64,000 bases of DNA from the IMG/VR virus record IMGVR_UViG_3300044974_001201. The stretch is one strand, 5' to 3'. Below are positions 28,469 through 37,267 of the stretch, in pieces (within the stretch, counting starts at the first letter, position 1; each line of letters starts with the position of its first letter). A program made the translations under genes and the position numbers. Below the pieces are notes generated by a model. It made no database searches, had not been told where the DNA came from, and saw only the letters and a program-made list of their open reading frames with translations. The DNA comes from an uncultured virus (IMG/VR IMGVR_UViG_3300044974_001201). Lineage: Duplodnaviria; Heunggongvirae; Uroviricota; Caudoviricetes.

Positions 28469-28912
28469 TCAGGCGATCGGCAGATCGGTCACGACGATCT
28501 GGTAGCCACCGTACGAAATGATGATCTGGGTCGTGGCCGACGCGCCCGAGAGCGTGCACGTTGCCGTGATAATGCCGGTCGCGGCGGAGACGATGTTGAT
28601 CGAGCCGCCCGCGGGGGTCGTCGATCCGTTGTTGGGGCCTGCCAGCACGCCGACGCTCACGCCGAACGCGTTGTTCGCGAGCGTTGTACCGGACGGCACG
28701 ACAGCGAAGTTCACGGTGCCGCGGGTCGCCGCGCCGCTCGCGTTGACCAACTTGAGGTTGAGCGTCACGATGTGCGAACCGCCGTCGGTGACGAAGTTGG
28801 TCGTCGCATCGACGGTGCGGATCACGGGACGCACGGCCGACGCCGCGTTCGCGGTGTTCGACAGCGTGAAGATGCGATCGGGCAGGGCTTCGGGAAACTT
28901 GATGTCTCTCAC
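28469..28912 (-). CDS. Beta-rich putative virion protein
   Basis: Thr/Ala/Val-rich with alternating beta-strand pattern; downstream of the candidate capsid genes. Confidence 0.7.
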   Translation of the reverse strand: MRDIKFPEALPDRIFTLSNTANAASAVRPVIRTVDATTNFVTDGGSHIVTLNLKLVNASGAATRGTVNFAVVPSGTTLANNAFGVSVGVLAGPNNGSTTPAGGSINIVSAATGIITATCTLSGASATTQIIISYGGYQIVVTDLPIA

Positions 28913-28932
28913 TTGATTGCCTTTTTCTGGCG

Positions 28933-29448
28933 CTAGCCGATGACGGAACCGACCGAAATTGCGGGTGCGCCCTGCTGCAATCCCGGTTGAAATCGAGCGA
29001 AGATCGTCGCCTTGAGTTGCGTGGCACTCGCGGCGGCGACACGGACGCGGGCTTGCAGTAGGAACTGGTCCGCTTGCAGCCCGCCGAACTGGAACAGCAT
29101 ACCCTCACGCGAGAAGTCCGACGCCGACTTGACGTTCGTCGTGCCCGCGGCGGGCTCTTGATCGAACACCGCGCCCGAACCTTCGCATCCGACGCCGTGG
29201 TAGAGGCGCCAGTCGATTTGGAACGGGAACGTGAATGGCACGCCCATCAGATCGAACTTGTCGCCGACGTAGATCGTGGTGGCGCCTTGCGGGACGTTGT
29301 ACCACAATACCATGTTGGCGAACGCAGTGTCGGCGGCGGGCGGGGCGGCGGGGACAAGCGCGGGGATGTTGCGCACCACGTAGGGAGCAACCGGGGACAT
29401 CTTGTTGTTGCCCGAAAGGTCTACGATCAGTGCGCCACGCGTGTCCAC
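28933..29448 (-). CDS. Beta-rich putative virion protein (possible small capsid or penton protein)
   Basis: 171 aa, AAGGAG RBS, directly downstream of the candidate MCP. Confidence 0.65.
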   Translation of the reverse strand: MDTRGALIVDLSGNNKMSPVAPYVVRNIPALVPAAPPAADTAFANMVLWYNVPQGATTIYVGDKFDLMGVPFTFPFQIDWRLYHGVGCEGSGAVFDQEPAAGTTNVKSASDFSREGMLFQFGGLQADQFLLQARVRVAAASATQLKATIFARFQPGLQQGAPAISVGSVIG

Positions 29449-29531
29449 TTCGTTGCTCCTTCATTGCGACGCGGCGGCGGTACAGGGCGATCGTGATCGC
29501 TCCCGCCCGCCGCCATGTCAGCAGTGCGCGA

Positions 29532-30443
29532 TCAGATGCCGCAGAACGAGTTGGCGCCGCGGAAGTACGCGATCTTGCGCTTGTCGATCTCCTCGACGCC
29601 GTCGTACTCCGACTCGTCGGCCGAGAACTTCACGCGCGCGTACTCGACGCTCACGATCAGGTCGAGCACGATGAGGTCGTTGTCGGTGAGGGCCGAGAGC
29701 GCGGGGAGCTTCTGCACGTTCAGGGACGCGGTGCCGGGGACCGACGTCGAAGCGACGCTCGGGCCGAACGTGAACTGAAGGCGGTTCGGGTTGAAGTCGC
29801 CCATGTTCCGCAGGTTCGGCTCGACGAAGATCTCGTTGGCGAACGTGTACCGCGCCTCGGGCCGGTTCTGGCCGGGGGTCGAGAGGTTCGGCGAGTTCGA
29901 CTGGCCCATGCCCGAGTTGAAGAACTGGGGCAGACCGAGGAACGCCGAGCACATCGTGTTGTTGCCGGGGGGCAGCACGTTCGCGAACGACTGGTGCACC
30001 ATCGCGCCCCAAAAGTCGTCGAACTGCGCCGACAGGTCGGTCACGGTGCCGCCGAAGCGGGGAACCTGGGGGGTGCCCGAGTCGAGCGACGTGCCGCTCG
30101 CGAGGGGCATCACGCGGAGCGTCTGCTCGGGCATGAGGCCCACCGAGAGGATGATGCAGGGGTCGGTGATCGAGAACGCGCCGCCCTTGTAGGTCGACGT
30201 CACGTCGATCGAGTTGTTCGGCACGGTCGCCGTCGAGTAGCCCGCCTGCGCGAACGGGAGGGCCGTGGTGTCGTCGATGCCGCTGGTGAAGGCGGTGAGG
30301 AGGCTGGTGAGGGGGATGCAGGTGTTCGTCGGCAGGTCGTACTGCCACACGAACGCCATCTTCTGGTGATGAACGCGGAGCGACGAGACGCGATCGTTCA
30401 GGTTGACGCTCGACGTGCCGTTCTTGGAAATCCACTGAGCCAT
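29532..30443 (-). CDS. Candidate major capsid protein (jelly-roll type inferred)
   Basis: 303 aa, beta-rich, highly biased codons, AGAAGGA RBS; sits after a membrane protein; has a paralogue. The ORF is secure, the capsid function is inference. Confidence 0.55.
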   Translation of the reverse strand: MAQWISKNGTSSVNLNDRVSSLRVHHQKMAFVWQYDLPTNTCIPLTSLLTAFTSGIDDTTALPFAQAGYSTATVPNNSIDVTSTYKGGAFSITDPCIILSVGLMPEQTLRVMPLASGTSLDSGTPQVPRFGGTVTDLSAQFDDFWGAMVHQSFANVLPPGNNTMCSAFLGLPQFFNSGMGQSNSPNLSTPGQNRPEARYTFANEIFVEPNLRNMGDFNPNRLQFTFGPSVASTSVPGTASLNVQKLPALSALTDNDLIVLDLIVSVEYARVKFSADESEYDGVEEIDKRKIAYFRGANSFCGI

Positions 30444-30535
30444 TGTCTGATCCTTCTTCTGCGAACGTTTGTGGGCCATCGGCCCGTTGAAGACTTGTGC
30501 GTGCCCGACTCACTCACGCGGTCGGGCGTGGTTGC

Positions 30536-31048
30536 TCAGGCGGCGGCGGTGCCCCACCCGCGGTACGCGTTGTCGCCCACGGGAGCGCCCGCGGGGATCG
30601 TCGAGTACGGGTAGCCCGCGCCGAGGCCCATGTAGGCGTTGCTGCCGACGGGGAGCCCGCCCGCGCCGTAGACGCCGGAGGCGGAGCCGTAGCTCGCGGC
30701 CATCGCGGTGCGCTGCGCGTCGAGGGCCGCGGCGACCTGATCGCCGCCGAGCTTGTACGCGCTGTAGCGGAGCACCGCGAGCGTGCCCGTGCCCGCGGCG
30801 ATGCCGAGGCCCACGGACGAGCGCACCATGCCGGGGGTGCCGAGCAGCATCAGCGCGGCGCCGATGCCGAAGCCGCTCAGGCCGATGATGAGATCCTGCG
30901 TCCCCTCGCCCTCCGTGCCCGCGAAGCGAGCGACGAGGTACGAGGCGGCGCCAGCGCCCACGGCGGCGACGGCGGTCACGCCGAGCATGCGCAGGGCCGT
31001 CTTGAGGTAGCCGCCCTCGGGCGGGTTGCGGAGCGAACGATGAGCCAT
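30536..31048 (-). CDS. Multi-TM Gly/Ala-rich membrane protein with SLRNP leader
   Basis: About three hydrophobic helices; GGGAGG RBS; alternative start at 31114. Confidence 0.8.
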   Translation of the reverse strand: MAHRSLRNPPEGGYLKTALRMLGVTAVAAVGAGAASYLVARFAGTEGEGTQDLIIGLSGFGIGAALMLLGTPGMVRSSVGLGIAAGTGTLAVLRYSAYKLGGDQVAAALDAQRTAMAASYGSASGVYGAGGLPVGSNAYMGLGAGYPYSTIPAGAPVGDNAYRGWGTAAA

Positions 31049-31243
31049 GTTGTCTGACCTCCCACCGGGGTTGAGCAGCGTCACGGTTCGGGTGTTGCGG
31101 TTGTCGTGCGCCATCGGTGTGAAGCGTAGATACCGACTCGCCGCAATCGCGTCTACGATTGCGAACGCCATGCCCGCAGTCTATTCACAACAAAACTCAA
31201 ACGTTGTTGCGAATTGAGTTTCGTTGGGTTAGCGTCGGTTCAA

Positions 31244-31612
31244 ATGCCGCGAAAACCGCAGAATTCCGCAACGTCGTTCTCGCTTCTGGACGCCCCGCTG
31301 CGCGCGAAGGTCGACGTGGCGATTTCGGCGTGGAACGTCGCGCACCCGCAATCGGACCCGATGACGCTCGCCTCGTTCATGCGCGCAGCGCTGCGCGCGT
31401 ACCTCGCGGGAATGGTGCGCGTAGACGACGTGATCCTCGACGAAACGCTCATCGCGGAGGTGTCCGCGCACGTCAAGAAGATCAACACGTCGCACCCGGA
31501 CGACCCGTACGACGTGACTCGTTTTGTGCGTGTTTCACTGCGTAAAGCGATGCGGTCCGCGGGAGGGAACGCGATCACGTCGCCGAACAAGCGATCCGTG
31601 ACCGGAGGCTGA
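31244..31612 (+). CDS. Tandem ribbon-helix-helix-like regulator
   Basis: Two repeats LD..L...V......N..HP..DP.....F.R..LR; divergent from the structural operon. Confidence 0.65.
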   Translation: MPRKPQNSATSFSLLDAPLRAKVDVAISAWNVAHPQSDPMTLASFMRAALRAYLAGMVRVDDVILDETLIAEVSAHVKKINTSHPDDPYDVTRFVRVSLRKAMRSAGGNAITSPNKRSVTGG

Positions 31613-31656
31613 GAAGCGCCGCGACAACCACACTTCGCGGCGTCCGTCAAGCGCGT

Positions 31657-32376
31657 TCAGTCGATCATCCAGCCGTCCTTGACGCGCATCGAGCCGCCCC
31701 GCAGAAACACGCGGCACCCGCTCTCCGAAACGTCCACGAACGGGAGGTTCTCGTGACGTTCGCTCTCGGGGTGGTCTTCGGCCATCTCGTGGCGGTAGTT
31801 CACGAGCCCCTTACCGTTGTTGCGGTTCGCTTCGTACGCGGCGGCGAGGCACCGACCGACGCAGATCACACGTTCGGGGAAAACGATCTCGGCTTCAGCG
31901 CACTCGTGCGGTTCGAGTCCGCCGTGGTGCGAGGCGTAATCGTCGTTCTGCGCGCGGTGCTTGCGCTTCGCCGCGTCGAGGTCGCACGCGCGGTGCTTGA
32001 ACGCAGCGCACGGCCCCTTCTTCGTGCGGTGGAACCCCTTGCCGTCGACTTGAAACACGCCGCCGACGAACCAGTATTGCTCGTTCCGGCGATCGTAGAA
32101 CACGCGCGGCATGAACTGCCGGTCGGCGTCGGTGACGTGGTTCGGCTGCGCGGCGAAGTCCCAGAACTCCTTCTTGCCGTCGAAGCGTTCGACTTCGAGC
32201 CACACGAGCGGGCCGAACGCGCGAACGTCGGCCTCGTTCGGGAGTTCGGGGTAGGGCACCGTCGTGACGTGGGCGTACTCGGGCGCGAGCCCGTACCGCT
32301 TGATGATCGCGGAGGGCGTTGCGTCGTGGTTGGAGTTGCGGACGGATCGTCGGGCGGGGCGGCGGCGGTTGTGCAT
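31657..32376 (-). CDS. Protein with two copies of a beta domain after a basic SVRNS leader
   Basis: P.V....W/F..GG...V repeated twice. Confidence 0.8.
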   Translation of the reverse strand: MHNRRRPARRSVRNSNHDATPSAIIKRYGLAPEYAHVTTVPYPELPNEADVRAFGPLVWLEVERFDGKKEFWDFAAQPNHVTDADRQFMPRVFYDRRNEQYWFVGGVFQVDGKGFHRTKKGPCAAFKHRACDLDAAKRKHRAQNDDYASHHGGLEPHECAEAEIVFPERVICVGRCLAAAYEANRNNGKGLVNYRHEMAEDHPESERHENLPFVDVSESGCRVFLRGGSMRVKDGWMID

Positions 32377-32425
32377 ACACCGCAGAATGCGCGAAACGTC
32401 GGAACGTTTCAAGCGCGGCGTGGGA

Positions 32426-33652
32426 TCAGATCCAGCGGTTCTTCTTCGCGTACCACGCGAGGCCACCGATGGCGACGACGCCGACGACGGCGATGCCGAC
32501 CTTCGTCGCGGTGCCCATCGGCTGCGGCGGTGCGGTGGGCTGTTGCGGGGGCGCCACGGGGTACGTCGGCGCGGGTCCGGGGGCCAGCGCGTTGTTGTTG
32601 CCGGGGAGCCCTTCAGTGCGCGTCGGCGGGAGACCGGGCGCGGGACCGGGACCGGGACCGGGCGGGATGACGGGCGCGATGACGTGCGGCGGGATCTCCT
32701 CGCTCGTCTGCGAGAGCACCGTCACGCTGGTGACGCCCGCGGGGGTTACGTGCCCTTGAAGGCGAACGATCGTGCGCCGGTCCGCCGTGAACGGCAGCGT
32801 GAGGTTGAACACGACCCTCGACCCGTCGTATCGCGTGAGCGTGACCGTCCCCGGCAGCGTGTCACTGGCGCCGGGAGCGAGGCGCACTTCGATCAGCGCG
32901 CTCGTGGAGTTCGTGCCGTCCGCGGACTGCGAGACGATGCGCACGTTGCCAGAACCGGCCCACGGAGTGAACCCCGCGGGGGGGCCACCGAGTTCGCTCG
33001 CGGGAGGCGGGAGGAACGTCACCAAGCACTCCGCGATGAGCAGTTCGGGCGGTGCCGTCTCCGTGCGAGTGATGGGCGCCACCGGCACGGGGTTCGTCGT
33101 GACGGGCGGCGGCACGTTCGCGTTCGTGGGGAGGTTCGCCGTCTGTCCCGACGGGAGCGTCACGGGCGCCAGCGCCACGTCGCGGCCCGTCGCGATGTCG
33201 CGCATGCGCAGGTACGACGACGACCCCGGCGCGAGCGTCGCGGTGGCGATGTCGGGGTACACCACCGAACCGGGGAGGCCCACGTCGCCGATGCCGCCGA
33301 ACAGCGCGCGGCAGATCGCGTACGACATCAGCGGCGCGAGCACGGGTTCGTTGTTGGCGAAGTTCACGCCGCGCGAACGTGCGTCATTCACGATCGCGAT
33401 GCGCGTGTTGTCGCCGAAACGTCCATCGACGTGAGCGCCCACCGCCTGCTGGATCAGACGGATGAGCCACGGCGCCTGCGTGTTGACGATGTAGATGCGG
33501 CCCGCGGGAGCGCGCCAGAAGAACACCGCGGAGCCCTGCGCGCCGGAGACGAACGACGACGTTTTCCGCCCGTTGACGGAGACGACCTCGTACGGACCGA
33601 TCACGAAGTCGCTTACGACGCGATTGAATTCTGCCTGTTCGGAGGGAGTCAT
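32426..33652 (-). CDS. Putative virion protein with C-terminal TM anchor
   Basis: LIQQAVGAHVDGRFGDNT (peptidoglycan-binding-like); Pro-rich linker; TKVGIAVVGVVAIGGLAWYAKK. Confidence 0.8.
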   Translation of the reverse strand: MTPSEQAEFNRVVSDFVIGPYEVVSVNGRKTSSFVSGAQGSAVFFWRAPAGRIYIVNTQAPWLIRLIQQAVGAHVDGRFGDNTRIAIVNDARSRGVNFANNEPVLAPLMSYAICRALFGGIGDVGLPGSVVYPDIATATLAPGSSSYLRMRDIATGRDVALAPVTLPSGQTANLPTNANVPPPVTTNPVPVAPITRTETAPPELLIAECLVTFLPPPASELGGPPAGFTPWAGSGNVRIVSQSADGTNSTSALIEVRLAPGASDTLPGTVTLTRYDGSRVVFNLTLPFTADRRTIVRLQGHVTPAGVTSVTVLSQTSEEIPPHVIAPVIPPGPGPGPAPGLPPTRTEGLPGNNNALAPGPAPTYPVAPPQQPTAPPQPMGTATKVGIAVVGVVAIGGLAWYAKKNRWI

Positions 33653-33655
33653 GGT

Positions 33656-36600
33656 TCAGCCCTTCTTCTTGAGCGCGAGGTAGGCGATGCCCGCGACGGC
33701 CACGGCGCCGACGCCGATCGCGGCCACGGTGCCGGTGCTCATGCCCTGCGCGGGGGGCTGAGTCGCCGTATTGAGAGCGTTCGCCACCGACTGCTGAGAG
33801 GGGTTCGGCCCGAGCGCCGCGATGCGCGCCTGAGCGTCGGCCTGAATGCGCGCGATTTCGATCTGCGCGTTCGCCGCGATCTGCGCGTTCGCCGACGAAG
33901 CGTTCTGGCGGAGCGCCTCGATGTGCTGCGCCGACTCACGATCGAGGTACGAGTTCAGCACGCCGATGCCCGTGGTCGCGATCGAACTCACGCCGCCGAG
34001 GATTTGCGCGGCCGAGGGGCCGCTCGAACCGGGCTGCTGCGCGGCGGGAGCACGGAGGCGCTCGCATTCCACGCCACCCATTTCGACGCAGTTCTGATAC
34101 GCCGAGTTCGGGTCGGCGGGGTCGAACGTCATGTCGGTGCCGGGGGGGTTGCCGCCCGCGGGGCGCACCGGGGCGCCACCGGGCTTCGACGGGCTGAGAG
34201 CCTGCGCGATGCGGCAGAACGAGTCGAACTGGCGCGGGTACTGCTGGCGGCGGGCCGCGCAGTCGTCGATCAGCGCGAGCACGTCGGCCGCGGTGTTGCC
34301 CGAACCGGGGCGCGACGGCACGATCCCGTCGAGGCCCGACTGGTGGAACGCGGCGACGATCGCGCGGGGGTCACGCGAGGCGATCGCGCGGAGCGCCGCG
34401 ATGCACTGCGCCGTGGAGGGAGCGCCCACCGCCGCCGTGCCGGGGGCCACGCTGGAGGGCGAGGCGTTGACGTTCTGAACCACGCGCTCGCCGATCGTCT
34501 GCGACGTCGGCGTCGCCACGTCGTACGTGGGACGGCGGGCGTTCGGCCCCTGAAGCACCATCGACTTGCCACCGGGCGCCCCGCTGGGAGCGAACGCGAA
34601 CTGATTGGGGTTCCCGTTGAACACCGCGGTGCCCGTCGAACCGGGCGAGGTGACCGGGCGCACGATCGCGTTTTCGAGCCGCGCGTCGGGCTTGTGCCAT
34701 CGAGCGTTCGCCATGTTGATGACGTTCGCGCCGCTCTCACTCACGTCCACGTCGAAGTTCGCGAAGTAACCGTCGGGGCGACGCACGATGATGTAGCGGT
34801 AACCGCTCATCACGGGCACACGCCACGTCGTCTGCTGCGGGTCGACCCACTGCCCGGAAATCTGAGGGTACGTGTACGAACCATCGGAGCCTTCGATCGT
34901 GAACACGCGACCGTAGTGGGGCATCCCGAAGATCGCGATCGAACTCGGCACGGGGGCCGAAACGCCGAGTTGCGAGGTCCACACCGCGCCCGCGGGGGGC
35001 ACGTACGCGCGGCCCTCGACGAGAATGCCACCGGGAGCGCCACCGGGGGCGACGTGAGGGATAGCGTACGACGTCGTGGCGCTCGCATAGTTGATGGCCG
35101 CCGCTCCGCTCGCGCTCACGTTCACCGTGAAGTCTCGCCCATAGTTCCCGTCGGGCGAGATGATCGACACGCGGTGCTGGCCGACGGGAGCGCGAACCTG
35201 CCACGTCTGCGGGCCGATCCACTGCCCGCCGACTTCGCGGCCGTCCACGAACACACGCCCGTACGCGGGCATCCCGAAGATCGTGACGGGACGCTCGAAA
35301 TCGGGCGTAAGAGCACCGAACACGGGCGCCTGCGTAGCGCCGACCTTGAGCGAGGGCGCCCCGCTGGGAGCGTGCACGCCGACGGCGTCCGCGAACATGG
35401 CGTTCATGGCCTTGTCGACGGCGAACCAGCGAGCGTTCGCGAGGTTGACGACGGCTGCACCGTTCTCGCTCACGTTCAACTCGAACGTGGTGTACACGCC
35501 GTCGGGACGGAGGATGAAGCCCGCGACGGGGCCAGCGGGCACGTTGACCTGCCACGTCGTCTGCTGCGAGTCGAGCCAGCTTCCCGCGAGTTCACGCAGT
35601 TGAATGCCGCCATCGGAGCCGTATCCCGCCACGAACACGCGCCCGTAGTGAGGCATCCCGAAGATCGTGACGGGGTAGCCGAACGTGAACTGAATGCGGT
35701 TCGGGTCGAAGTCGCCACGGTTCGCCGTCGCGTACGGCGCTTCGTGCGCGCCGACCTTGAGCGAGGGCGCCCCCGCCGCAGCGACACCTCGGGCGTCGAG
35801 CACCATCGCGCAGAAGCGCGACACCTCGGCCGACTCGGGGCGGAACGCGCTCCCGAACCACTGCACGAAGTCCGCCGCCGCAGCGCGCGAACCGCGAGCG
35901 ATTTCGGGCGCGAGCGACTGCGCCATCGGGCACCCGTAGCTGCCCACGATCTCCGCCTGCGCGGACGACGGGAGCGTGAGGAACAGCGCCATGCACTGCA
36001 CCGGGTTGACCGCCGAGGGGGCGCCACCGGGGGCCACGATCATCGTCGGCTCGGCCACGACGAGCGGCATTCCCTTCGCGGACTCGAAGGCGGCGACGCC
36101 CTGCTTCGGGGGCTCGATCAGCGCAGGCGTGGCGCCCGCGAGGAGGCGGCGGAACTCGTCGGAGCAGAGTTCGTCGCCGCTGATGATCTCGGCGACGGAG
36201 TACCCGCGGGCGATGAGGTCACGGAACGACTGCGCGCACGCCGACGACACCGTGGGGAACGTGCCGTCGTCGCGACGCTGGCACGCGATGAGTTCGTTCA
36301 TGCCCGTGGCGTCGCAGTAGTCGGGCCGCGGCTGCTGCGCGGGGAGCGGCACGATGGGCGCGAGCACGAACGGCGCGGGCTGCTCGGCGGGCACCTTCGG
36401 CGTCTGCGAGGGGATCGCGATGTCCGTGCGAGGCCCCTTGCCGCGACCCGTGAGCATCGGCACGGAGAGCGTCTGCGCGGGGCGAACGATCGTCGCCGAC
36501 TGCGCGATGGGCGACGTCGAGAGCGTGATCTTCGTCGGCCCCGACGCGGTGTCGTTGCCGCCGCCGTTGCGAGGGATGCCGCCGCGCTTCATCGCGTCGA

Positions 36601-37192
36601 GAACCTCGTTGGGGGCGAGGCGGATCGAGACCGCGGGCGTCGCCGAGCCGTCGGTGCTCGCGGGGGGAGCCGACGGCTGCGCGATCTTCTGCGGCCCCAT
36701 CGCCACGTCCTGCCCGCCGCCCTGCGCGGTGCGGTTGTTCGGGCGACCCATGCCGCCCTCCACGTCGAGGCCGGGGGTGAGGCGGGGCGGCGGCTTCACG
36801 GGAACCATGCCGGTCTGCGGCTTCACGGGCACCGACGACGGCGAGTCGTTGCGCGGCGTCGCGACCTTCGACTCGGGGGCGGGCGTCACCGCGGGCACCA
36901 CGTCGCCGCGGGGCTGCTCCTGCGAGGGCGTCACGGGCACCGACGGGGCGAGCTTGATGCCCTTGCCCACGTCACCGGGCGACGGCGTGCGCCCGTTCGT
37001 GCGGGTCTTGCCGTCGATCGACCCGCTCTCGACGAGGCGACGACGCGGGCCACCGCCGCACGTACGGCACCCCGTCGAGGGGGCGATGCGGTGCCCGCCG
37101 ATGGCGCTCCCGCTGGTCTGCTTGAGCGGGCACGTCCCGTCGGGGCACTCGCCGTCGCTCACGTCGTTCTTATTCGTCATCGTCTTCGCCAT
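33656..37192 (-). CDS. Large modular putative virion protein: three PEGA-like repeats and a C-terminal TM anchor
   Basis: Three IFGMPxYGRVF..G.W..TW.V repeats; GAP linkers; GMSTGTVAAIGVGAVAVAGIAYLALKKKG. Confidence 0.85.
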   Translation of the reverse strand: MAKTMTNKNDVSDGECPDGTCPLKQTSGSAIGGHRIAPSTGCRTCGGGPRRRLVESGSIDGKTRTNGRTPSPGDVGKGIKLAPSVPVTPSQEQPRGDVVPAVTPAPESKVATPRNDSPSSVPVKPQTGMVPVKPPPRLTPGLDVEGGMGRPNNRTAQGGGQDVAMGPQKIAQPSAPPASTDGSATPAVSIRLAPNEVLDAMKRGGIPRNGGGNDTASGPTKITLSTSPIAQSATIVRPAQTLSVPMLTGRGKGPRTDIAIPSQTPKVPAEQPAPFVLAPIVPLPAQQPRPDYCDATGMNELIACQRRDDGTFPTVSSACAQSFRDLIARGYSVAEIISGDELCSDEFRRLLAGATPALIEPPKQGVAAFESAKGMPLVVAEPTMIVAPGGAPSAVNPVQCMALFLTLPSSAQAEIVGSYGCPMAQSLAPEIARGSRAAAADFVQWFGSAFRPESAEVSRFCAMVLDARGVAAAGAPSLKVGAHEAPYATANRGDFDPNRIQFTFGYPVTIFGMPHYGRVFVAGYGSDGGIQLRELAGSWLDSQQTTWQVNVPAGPVAGFILRPDGVYTTFELNVSENGAAVVNLANARWFAVDKAMNAMFADAVGVHAPSGAPSLKVGATQAPVFGALTPDFERPVTIFGMPAYGRVFVDGREVGGQWIGPQTWQVRAPVGQHRVSIISPDGNYGRDFTVNVSASGAAAINYASATTSYAIPHVAPGGAPGGILVEGRAYVPPAGAVWTSQLGVSAPVPSSIAIFGMPHYGRVFTIEGSDGSYTYPQISGQWVDPQQTTWRVPVMSGYRYIIVRRPDGYFANFDVDVSESGANVINMANARWHKPDARLENAIVRPVTSPGSTGTAVFNGNPNQFAFAPSGAPGGKSMVLQGPNARRPTYDVATPTSQTIGERVVQNVNASPSSVAPGTAAVGAPSTAQCIAALRAIASRDPRAIVAAFHQSGLDGIVPSRPGSGNTAADVLALIDDCAARRQQYPRQFDSFCRIAQALSPSKPGGAPVRPAGGNPPGTDMTFDPADPNSAYQNCVEMGGVECERLRAPAAQQPGSSGPSAAQILGGVSSIATTGIGVLNSYLDRESAQHIEALRQNASSANAQIAANAQIEIARIQADAQARIAALGPNPSQQSVANALNTATQPPAQGMSTGTVAAIGVGAVAVAGIAYLALKKKG

Positions 37193-37267
37193 TTGGTCGA
37201 TCCCTCGGTGAATGAAACGGTTTGCCACCGCGTATCAGTGAGTTTCGCACGAAACGTCGGCGGGTGT

